Source: Haliotis rufescens
Lineage: Eukaryota
Assembly (NCBI RefSeq): GCF_023055435.1
Contig: NW_025964068.1
Span: forward strand, 3,782,001-3,846,000
Direction of reading: 5' to 3'
DNA length: 64,000 bases
A program made the position numbers and the translations under genes. Positions 11,530 to 21,185 of the stretch are shown here, piece after piece. The notes below the pieces were generated by a model. That model searched no databases. It was not told where the DNA came from and saw only the letters and a program-made list of their open reading frames with translations. Numbering within the stretch: the first letter of the stretch is position 1; every line of letters starts with the position of its first letter.

Positions 11530-12790
11530 TGGGGTGGGTAAAAGGGACACCATTTGGTCACATCCTATATCGATTCCAGGATACGGGAATGATTAGGTAA
11601 TTGGAAGAGGACTTCTCCAAGCTTACACTTGCTCCGTCATTTAAGCCACCCAAGTTTATGAAGGATGATTTTCCAATCCATGCGTTTGCGGTCGCAGACC
11701 AAGCTCATATTTTGGATGAAGACATACAAAAGATGACAGGCTCGTCAAGGCCAACCACCCTTAAGGTTCAAGATACTAGATTTGCGTTCATGGAAACGGA
11801 AATCATGTGTGTACTGAAACCTTTGTCAGCACTAGCGTCGTCAACGTGTGCAGTGGATCAGAGGATAACCCTAACCGATTAGATCATTTCAAAACTATAG
11901 TGGATTTCCACACGCAGACTTGGTTATTAAGCGCTTTCCAACTGGGACTGTGTTCAAGCACAGGCTGCTATGTCAATCTTGGTCATCTACTTCCCTGTTC
12001 AATGAACAGATTGCAGACACACACGCCAAAGTTAGAAGTTATGCTAGGGATGAGACCGTGCACATCTCTCATAATCTGTCCCAGCGGGACCGTCTTAAAT
12101 ACCAAGGCAGGGGAGGTGATAAGAGGGTGTTGGACCGTAACGTTGGGTCGTCCCAGTTGTTGATTCCCATTTGGGCGGGATACTGAATCTGTTCTGGAAA
12201 AACTGGACCTTTCTCTAGAAAGGACCGTCTAGACGTAGAGGTAACCCCACCGTTGACCACAGCTCCTCAGCCTTGGAAATATCCAAGAAAGCAACATCTG
12301 CTATCAAAATCCAACATAGCCATACTGTTGGTGAAGAGAGCTGTAGCGATTGTTCACACCCCAGATGTTACACCGGGGTTTTGTTCTCACATCTTTCTGG
12401 TACCCAAGAAGGACTCAAGACAAGATGAGAATGATCCACAATCTCTACGTGTTGAATGAACATTATCTGAAGCATCCACCTTATATCTGCCTCACCACTT
12501 TGCGACTGCTCAGAACCAGCATAAAGGCGTTCGATTCCTTGATCAGTCTCGACCTGCAGGATGCCTACCTGCATATACCCATCAATCCCTCCAACCACAG
12601 GTTCCTCAGGTTCCAGTTCAATTGGGTTCACTACCAATGGGCAGTTCTCCCATTTAGCATTTCACTGGTCCCGTGGCTATTTACACGAATAATGAAGCCA
12701 ATAACTGTGTTTCTACATCTGAGGAACATTTGGTTCGTGTTGTATATAGACGACTGTCTCCTGTGCCATCAACATATACCGACGTTAGTA
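11530..12790 (+). pseudogene. DIRS element A gag-like and reverse transcriptase remnants
   Basis: Frameshifted ORFs 11601, 12253 and 12350; GFCSHIFLVPKKDS / RMIHNL / DLQDAYLHIPI / YIDD; truncated after YIDD. Confidence 0.85.
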
Positions 12791-12794
12791 CGCC

Positions 12795-13425
12795 ATCCAA
12801 AATTTACCGGAGCAGAACTCGAAAACTGTTAAATTTTTCTTCATCAAACTTTGCATTTATATCACTTAAGTGGTGAAGTTGTGCCTTTTGCTATTTTAAA
12901 ATTTTCCATTTTTTTTATTTTCCAATTTTCATGAAAGCATGCTGGACATAGGCTCACTATGTGAGTGATGTTAGTTTCCGAAGCAGAACTCAAAAACTGT
13001 TGAATATTTCTCCATGTTACTTTTCATAGGTTTAAACTACATACTGAACTGGTGCCTTTTGCTATTTAGGAATTTTAGAATTTTTCATTGTTTACGTTTC
13101 AATGGCAACAAGTTGGACTTAGGTTCTATAAGGGTGGTGTTCGTTTCCGGAACGTAACTCAAAAACCGTTAAATACTTTCTTACAAAACTTTGCATGTCT
13201 ACAAGGCACATACCGAACTGGTGCCCTTTGCTATTTAGGAATTCTTTTATTTATTTTTTTTTACATTTCCATTGCAACAAGTTGGACTTAGTTGGTTCTA
13301 TAGGGTAGAGTTCGTTTCCGGAGCATAACTCAAAACCCATTCAAAACTTTCTAACAAAACTTTGCATGGCTATCAGACTCATGCAGAACTGGTGCTTTTT
13401 GCTATTTAGGAATTTTAGAATTACA
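12795..13425 (+). repeat. Four diverged ~170-bp tandem units, resembling internal arrays of non-autonomous Helentron/HINE-type mollusc repeats
   Basis: ccggagcagaactc...aaactttgcat...gtgccttttgctattt recurs near 12807, 12978, 13147 and 13318; family assignment is inference. Confidence 0.7.
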
Positions 13426-13941
13426 TTAAGTAATATGTTCCCATTGTTATACCGAGGCTGTTGTCCCCCACAACTGCTCTTATAGCGAAATCTTCCACAG
13501 AGATCTCAATCACCTCATGCAGCACGTGCGTAGCCACCTAGCTGCCATGTGACACCCTTCACTCTTGTCTCTTCGCTTGCCATAGCAAGACGTGTAAATC
13601 GACTGCTCTACTGCGTTTCTACAGCTTTCCGCCTCCTGCCTATCCTTGGTGATATTTATTACTGTTTCTTATCCTAAGTAAACTGTAAATTATGTGGCGT
13701 TCGTTATACGGCGCTTAGAAAACTTTCGCACCTTTTTTTCGCTACTAACGGGGTGTGGCGTCGGCACTTTGTGTCTTCCGTCCACCTTTAGTGGTATATC
13801 ATGGGGTTGTTTTGCATCACCTATTAATATATGTATCTGTATATGTTATATGTATTTTATGTATTCGCTATTATCGTTTGTTTTTGTCTACGTTTGTGAA
13901 TATGTTTGGTGTGTGTGTTGTAACCATGTTTTTGTTGAACA

Positions 13942-15060
13942 ATGTCTGACATGGAGATGGATCTTTTGTCCAGCACCCCAGCTACTCCTGTTAACAGGCG
14001 CTGTGGCTCCTGTCAGAAGTTTTTGTCTTCCCGGGATCCTCACGATCGTTGCCCTTGCCCGGTGCACCCTGTGCGAGGGTCTGGGGCCGGAGGATTTTGC
14101 GCGATACAGGCGCTACGTGCGCTCAGCTATCACCCCTGAGGTGGCCGGTTTGTCTGGTAGGGCGCCCATTGCGGGCACTACCTCCTTGGCGGCGGATCCC
14201 TTGGCGGCCCTTGGGCTGTCCGGGGATTCTGTCGTGGCTTTGTTGTCTCAACTGGTGGACTCCAAACTGGCGTACTTATCTCAGGCGAGTCCGCCAACAA
14301 GGCTTTTCCCGCGTCAACTTTGTTACGCGGGATCAAGCCGTCTTCGGAGAAAGCCTTCGCGGCGGCCTCCTGTTGGGGACTCCCGTTACCTCCTCCCTCG
14401 TGGAGAAAGGTTTCGTTCCCGGTGCATGACCTGGCCTTCCCCGAGGCAGGTCCCCCTGGGAGGCCCATGGGGAGAGGTTGGGTGTCCATGCCCCACCTGC
14501 TGCTACAGTCACTCAAGCGACTTTACAGCAAATGGACACCCTCTCACGGCACTCCATGCTCGCTATGTCACATGGCGACACCCACTTTCCCCACGGACTG
14601 AGACCAGCTCATTTATAATCGGTTTGAATACATTGCCTTGAGTACATTGCCGGGGCTTCGGCCTTTCTTTCCGGCACGTGCCATTTCTTGAGGCGGCAAG
14701 CGTACCTTGCCGCCTCTGGGTTGGACGCGGCCAACCAAGAGGTGTTACTTTCACAGCCTTCGTCTGTGCAGACCCTGTTTAATAATCGGATTCCTGGTGT
14801 TCTAAAAGAACAGCAGTCTGCTTCGTCTGCCGCGGCATACGTTGGATCTGGTTGGGTCTGTGCACCGGGGTGGTGCCCCTAAACGGAGTGCCCCTCAGGA
14901 TGCTGCGGACGGGAAGTCCAAGGGGTCGGTGTCTTCTTCCTCCCGGAAGAGGTCCTGCCCTGAGGGCCCCGGTAAGGGCAACATGCCGCCCTTTCGGGGG
15001 AAGAAGGGACACTGCGGGAAGCCTAAGCCGTCTCGGGACGGTAAGGGCTCCTCCAAATGA
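13942..15060 (+). pseudogene. DIRS B gag-like ORF1 (frameshifted)
   Basis: N-terminal CxxC..DxH..C..CxxC, C-terminal RRQAYL...LF motif, basic tail ending TGA at 15060. Confidence 0.75.
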
Positions 15061-15179
15061 CTCTCACTTGCAAGGTTCGTGTGCAAACAACGCCAGTTTC
15101 GGTTGGCCCGTCAGCGAACCCGAGTCATTCAGCCCTGGACAGTTGCGCCTGCCACAGCCTGTCAGGCCTCCCTTCCCTT

Positions 15180-16360
15180 CCCTTGTCGGAGCCAGACTCC
15201 AGACTTATTGGGAGAATTGGGAACAAGTGTTCGAAGACCCGTGGGTGGTCAACACGGTCTGGTACGGCTATCGGCTAGATCTCAAAGCGGATCCGTTGGC
15301 AGGTTTCTATTCGGAAGCCGATCTTCCCATCCTCGCCGATGCCATCGGCAGGTTGGTGGAGAAGAGGGCGGTATGGGAGTTAGCTCTACGAGAAATAACA
15401 CCGGGGTTTTACTCCAGGATATATCTCGTTCCAAAGAAGGACAGTGCCGAACTCAGAATGATTCACAATCTGAAATCGTTCAACGAGTTTTACCTGCACA
15501 AGCCGGTGAAGTTCAGAATGTTGACCTGATCGACCTGAAGGATGCTTATCTGCATGTTCCGATTCACTCGGACCATCACAAGTATCTCAGGTTTGTCTTT
15601 CAAGGCAGGCACTACGAGTGGGTTGCACTCCCATTCGGCCTTTCGTCCGCTCCCTGGCTATTCACCCGGTTAACCACCCCCATAGTGGGGTTCCTCCACA
15701 GGAGAGGTGTCAGGTACTTCGCGTACCTGGACGACTCGCTAGTGGCCAATCTAATGACGGACACGCTGTCCCGCCAACTCGATTTCGTACTTTGGCTCTT
15801 GGAGCAATTGGGGTGGATTGTCAATCTCCCCAAGAGCGAGTTAACCCCCTCACAGAACTTGAAGTTCATCGGAGGTCGGTTCTACACGGTGACCCATCGC
15901 CTCTTTGTCCCCCCAGACCGGTGGCACAAGATTCAGGCAATGATTGCCAAAGTCTTAGCGGTGCAACAGACTGTTCACTTTTGGGAACAGCTGTTAGGGC
16001 TACTTGTGTCAGCCCAGGACTGCACTGATCGGGGTCGTCTCTGCCCGCTGCAACGGTTTCTAATCCAGTTGTTAGCACAGGAGGAGAACAGTGCGACCAT
16101 GGCCCCCCCGGATCGGCTCCGACCGCATCTGGAGTGGTGGATGGTCCCTTGCAACTTCAACAGACGCCTCTCTAGTGTGCTGGGGCCCCCATCTAGAGGG
16201 GGAGGGGAGCTCGGGGCTGTGGTGCGTAGACGAACTAGGTCTTCACATCAATTGCCTCGAGTTCAAGGCAGTGTTAAACGCAGTCAATCACTGGAAGCAT
16301 CGTCTCGTCGACGCCCGGCTCATGCGACCGACAACCTGACGGTAGTGTCCTATGCTTCCC
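15180..16360 (+). pseudogene. DIRS B reverse transcriptase / RNase H (deletions, frameshifts)
   Basis: ORFs 14852, 15079 and 16091 carry RT motifs with YLDD and RNase H catalytic residues. Confidence 0.9.
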
Positions 16361-16559
16361 AAGGTGATACAAAAGCTCAAGAAGACAAGGAATCTTGCTC
16401 TGACTTTGGTCCTGCCCTGGTGGCTGTCGAGAGGGTGGTTCGTCGAGCTCAGAAGTTAAGCAGAAGACAATCCACTACCCCTCCCACAGTGGTTCAACCT
16501 ACTCACCCACCTTCACAGCAAAGTGACTCATCTAATAAGGTTTCGTCTGCATGCTTGGT

Positions 16560-17660
16560 TCATCTTAAAAAGGCGTTATGTGCGAAGGGCTATTCGGCGC
16601 GGGCAGCTAGTGCTATAGTTTTAGCTCATTGTCCCTCCACCAGAGTATTTTACGATGACAAGTTGGGATCGTTTGAGACGTTTTTCAAGGCAAAAAAAAA
16701 AGATCCAATAACTGCATCACCACAATTCCTAGATGAATACCACCTACATTTGCGTACAAAGAAACCCTTGAAAGCTAGCACCATTACTACGTATTTGGAA
16801 GCACTTAACTCAGTGTTGTCGTTTAAGAAAAATCGAAAATGACCAAGGTCCCGGAACTACAGGCTCCACTCATTCAGGCTTGAGGATCAGAAGGCCAAGT
16901 TTCGTCCCCCTGCTTGGGACTTAAACGTGGTACCTCGAGGTTTGCGAGGACCCCCTTTGACCCCCTCTATGCATCCTCATTTTATGACCTCACCAAGAAA
17001 ATAATCTTTTTCTTGGCATTAACCACGGCGGCATGGGTGAGCAAGCTACATGCAATCGACATCACCTTTGTCTGTTTTGAGCATGCTCTACACGGAGTGG
17101 CACATCTCAGGTTGTGCTTGGTTGTTGGTTGGTTTGTTGTTTAACGCCGCACTCAGCAATATTCCAGCTATATGACGGCGGTCTGTAAATAATCGAGTCT
17201 GGACCAGACAATCCAGTGATTAATATCATGAGCATCGATCCACGCAATTGGGATTGATGACATGCATCAACCAAGTCGGTGAGCCTGACCACCCGATCCC
17301 GTTAGTCGCCTTTTACGACAAGCATAGTCACCTTTTACGGCAAGCATGGGTTGCTGAAGACCTATTCTAACCCGGAATCTTCACAGGTCAGGTTGTGCTT
17401 GGATTTAATAGCAAAATGTTCATTTATCAGGCCAACCCGATCGTCCATTCACGCTCCCACCAATATCGTCGATTGTGGGAGTCGAAGATGAGGGTGAACT
17501 TCTATTCATCCCCTGTTCCCAAACTAGGCGTGGCTTGAGGAATCGGTTATTTATGCCTGTATCTCCTATGTCCAAGACCAAATTTATTCGCAACACCATA
17601 TCTCAATGATTACGCACAGTCATCCTTCAGGCTTATGACATCGCCAAACTTGATCCGCCA
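16560..17660 (+). pseudogene. DIRS B tyrosine recombinase remnant, split by a SINE and 3'-truncated
   Basis: SAM-like N-terminus, WDLNVV, LALTTAAWVSKLHA (RVSEL box mutated); frame continues LCLDLIAK after 17402. Confidence 0.82.
17122..17389 (-). mobile_element. Family B SINE (non-tRNA structured head), full length
   Basis: TSD tcaggttgtgcttgg at 17107-17121 and 17388-17402; (AAAC/AACC)n tail. Confidence 0.92.
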
Positions 17661-17720
17661 ATATTATTGACAAACATCAGTTGTTGTTTTGGTATGTGAA
17701 TTATTGACCGTCCGATACAG

Positions 17721-17745
17721 ATGCATTAAGGAGTAATGCAGGATA
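17721..17745 (+). repeat. DIRS internal complementary region (ICR)-like copy
   Basis: atgcattaaggagtaatgcaggata is complementary to the start of the left ITR and lies just inside the right ITR. Confidence 0.75.
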
Positions 17746-17778
17746 AATAAAAGATGTATAGCATTTTTGAGCTCGGGG

Positions 17779-17964
17779 GACAGGCAGTGAAGTGAGGAAG
17801 GTGACTTGTCATCAACATCACATTGACAGTAGAGGTGGTCAGTGTAAAAAGCAGGAGTGGGACTTTGAAACAACTTTATTTCTTCAGCCAAGACCATCGC
17901 CATACACTGTCTTTTTGTTGTCGTAAGGTAAGCAGTGAAATGCATTAAGGAGTTATGCAGGATA
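17779..17964 (-). repeat. DIRS right inverted terminal repeat
   Basis: Inverted match to 10731-10912. Confidence 0.88.
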
Positions 17965-18316
17965 AGTATACAAATGTAAAAAATATTTAGATTTTACTAA
18001 CTTTATACCTTAAATATCAAAGTATTTCCCAATTACCTCAGTTTGGCATCCCTGCTAATGTGTGCCAGAATGTATAATCATGATTTTGAACCCCAATATT
18101 ATTATTATTATGTTTGGTTTGTCTGCACCATACAAAACCAGTCAGTCAGTCATGCCAATGGGGATTACTATTTTGTTCTTCAAATCACTCATTTTAGACC
18201 CCAATTGTGCCTCACTGCATCTATTTGGGGTTGACACCTCTAAATGTAGCATGACCAGTGAACACATGAATCCTTGCCGGACTACTTGAGAAGCATCAGT
18301 TGATGTGTTGTTGCAG

Positions 18317-18433
18317 GTGAAGCTGGAGGATGACCTGCACAGCTTGAAAGGAAAGGTCCAGTCTCTGCAGGTCGACCTAGACAACAGTGAAGCAGTGCAG
18401 AGAGACTTTGTCAAACTCTCACAGTCTTTGCAG
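18317..18433 (+). CDS. RABEP1: Rabaptin-5 coding exon (Rab5-binding region)
   Basis: AG/GT bounded; LQVDLDNSEAVQRDFVKLSQSLQ matches the Rab5-binding motif LDVSEQVQRDFVKLSQTLQ. Confidence 0.95.
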
Positions 18434-19301
18434 GTCTGTGTTATCCATCATTCGTCAAAAGTCACATAATAGACACTTGTAACTTAGGTCCTGGGTAACT
18501 GGTGATGTTTCTTTACACAAATTGATCCAGTAATCCAGCAGTTTCTTTCAGGCAAAATGACTATGGATATGTAGTGGTAAGCCAGGGTAAGTTGAGCTGT
18601 AACCTGACAATTAACCCTGGATGACTGTATGAGGTCCGCCCACTGACGCGTACCATTGTGAAGAAAGGGGTAGCGGTTGGTCTGCCACAAGTACTACGAT
18701 ACGTATGTGCATGTCTCAGCTAAGAATCCTGGTATCGACTTGTCACATTGACTTCTTAATAGTCTTATGAGCAACACTTGTGTCCATGGGAGGGTAGTCA
18801 ATTTCATCGCCATGACTTGCACATGCTCAACATGTGTACACCCTCTCTACCTGTAACAAACCAAATATGTTTGCCCAACTTCTGTGCAGCGCCTACTTGT
18901 CTCAAACGCGTTTTGTGATTTGGTTCAACTTATCCTGGATTACCAGTAGTTGATATAGATCTATTTAGGAAAGTCATCATGTAGCTTGGTAACAAAAGCA
19001 CTAAATGTTTGACAACAATTAACAGAGTGTTTATCATTTTGATTGGATTCTGTTTGGAAAAATATTAATGAAATTTTCTTTTCTATTTGTTTATTTGAAT
19101 GGTTATCTGCATAATCATTGTGACACATTTCTGGTGAGTTGTCGACACACATAAATTTCATGATTTCATATTTGACATGATCTTCTTCTGTGCACCATAG
19201 AACTTGTCTGAGTTGCCTACAGCTCCAGCAACACATCTGTGCAGCTGCAGTATGTTTCATCCTTTGTGAGCCCGGATCAATTTTAGTACATATGTCCTCA
19301 G

Positions 19302-19412
19302 ATTCAGCTGGAGAAGATTCGGCAGGCAGAGAATGAAGTGAGGTGGCAACATGAAGAAGATGTGGAAGATTGCAATAACTGTAAACAAAATTTCAGTGTC
19401 ACTCGCAGGAAG
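19302..19412 (+). CDS. RABEP1: Rabaptin-5 coding exon (end of Rab5-binding region, start of FYVE)
   Basis: AG/GT bounded; IQLEKIRQAENEVRWQHEEDVEDCNNCKQNFSVTRRK. Confidence 0.94.
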
Positions 19413-19683
19413 GTAAACAACTTTACGTTTGGAGTCATTGAAAAATTTATTAATAAGCATTTTCTCAATAGAGGCTTTTGTGAGGAGACATGCACCTTTG
19501 TCATAGACCTAAACCTCTTGATAGGCATTATGAAGTTAGTAGTTTATGGAGATAAACCTTTTATTGACATCACTTTCCTTGACATTTAGCTGACATTATA
19601 ACTGAAATGTTCTATTGTTCAAAGCACTGTTCATTCAACTCACTCAAGCACTCACTCATTCACTCCTGTCCCTTCTGTTGCAG

Positions 19684-19851
19684 CATCACTGTCGGCACTG
19701 TGGAAAGATATTTTGTAACGAGTGTACATCCAAGACAGTGCACAGCGGGCCCAACTTCAAACCTTCCAAAGTATGTGATGTCTGTCATACAATACTGGTG
19801 AAAGATGCCACACCCTACTTCAGTACAGAACCCCCGGCGACACCCGACTAG
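19684..19851 (+). CDS. RABEP1: Rabaptin-5 terminal coding exon (FYVE zinc finger)
   Basis: ttgcag acceptor; HHCRHCGKIFCNEC...KVCDVC completes the R(R/K)HHCR FYVE signature; TAG 19849-19851. Confidence 0.94.
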   Translation, partial: HHCRHCGKIFCNECTSKTVHSGPNFKPSKVCDVCHTILVKDATPYFSTEPPATPD

Positions 19852-20220
19852 GGACATGTTTTAGCCTGTCTTACTTGATGTGGAGAAGACCATTGCTCTA
19901 TCAGAGTCACAACTGTACCATTACATTGTCTTACAGGATAGGGGCCACTGGTGGCCCAGTCACCTAAGGCACCACATTGGCCATGCAGAGTTGCCTTCCT
20001 TAGCCATGCTAGAATGTGATCATTGTGGGTTAGAATGCCAGATTTGCCCAGATTATGATTCTTGTCAGCACTATGCCTGTGCAGGTGGGTTTCTCCAAAG
20101 TGATAAACTTCTAAGATTTGAATCACTTTGGACTTGCCTACCACATCAAGCTGTTACTCAGAGCAGTCTTATACCAAACTCATGCACTCACTCCTACGGG
20201 ATAGGATGCACAGGGATACA

Positions 20221-21185
20221 CAGGGATATACCTTACCCCAAGAATCTAGCAGACTTTGGATTCAGCAGCTGACATGGATACCCTTACCCCAATAATCTAG
20301 CAGACTTTGGGGCCGCTGCTGAGACAGGGATAGACCTTACCCCCAATAATCTAGCAGACTTTGGGGTTGGAGGCCGAGACAGCCACAGACGTTCCCCCGA
20401 GAATCTAGTTCACTTTGGGGTCAGTGGCTGAGACAGGGATAGGCCTTACCCCAATAATCTAGCAGACTTTGGGGTTGGAGGCCGAGACAGCCACAGACGT
20501 TCCCCCGAGAATCTAGTACACTTTGGGGTCGGGGGCTGAGACAGCCACAGACGTTCCCCCAAGAATCTAGTACACTTTGGGGTCAGGGGCTGAGACAGCC
20601 ACAGATGTTCCCCGAGAATCTAGTACACTTTGGGGTCGGGGGCTGAGACAGCCACAGACGTTCCCCCAAGAATCTAGTACACTTTGGGGTCGGGGGCTGA
20701 GACTGCCACAGATGTTCCCCAAGAATCTAGTACACTTTGGGGTCGGGGGCTGAGACTGCCACAGACCTTCCCCCGAGAATCTAGTACACTTTGGGGTCGG
20801 GGGCTGAGACAGCCACAGACGTTCCCCCGAGAATCTAGTACACTTTGGGGTCGGGGGCTGAGACAGCCACAGACGTTCCCCCGAGAATCTAGTACACTTT
20901 GGGGTCGGGGGCTGAGACAGCCACAGACGTTCCCCCGAGAATCTAGTACACTTTGGGGTCGGGGGCTGAGACAGGGATAGGCCTTACCCCAATAATCTAG
21001 TACACTTTGGGGTCGGGGGCTGAGACAGCCACAGACGTTCCCCCGAGAATCTAGTACACTTTGGGGTCAGGGGCTGAGACAGCCACAGGCCTTCCCTCGA
21101 GAATCTAGTACACTTTGGGGTCAGGGGCTGAGACTGCCACAGACCTTCCTCCGAGAATCTAGTACACTTTGGGGTCGGGGGCTGA
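20221..21185 (+). repeat. 54-bp GC-rich minisatellite downstream of the RABEP stop codon
   Basis: Unit gagacagccacagacgttcccccgagaatctagtacactttggggtcgggggct, about 17-18 copies in two variants. Confidence 0.95.

Larger units (their letters stand above)
13450..17660 (+). mobile_element. Second DIRS retrotransposon (element B), degenerate gag-RT-RNaseH-YR
   Basis: gag Zn-finger CGSC..DPHDRC..CTLC from ATG 13942; RT VGARL..W..W, DLKDAYLHVPI, LPFGLSSAP, YLDD; RNase H TDAS/HINCLEFKAV/TDN; YR GYS..ST..Y and PAWDLNVV..PFDPL..FFLALTTA. Confidence 0.9.
10731..17964 (+). mobile_element. Degenerate DIRS-type (tyrosine recombinase) retrotransposon, outer element A with nested insertions
   Basis: ~180-bp inverted terminal repeats, ICR-like internal copy, RT remnant at 12250-12790 (FLVPKKD, LDLQDAYLHIPI, LPFS, YIDD). 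Confidence 0.85.
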
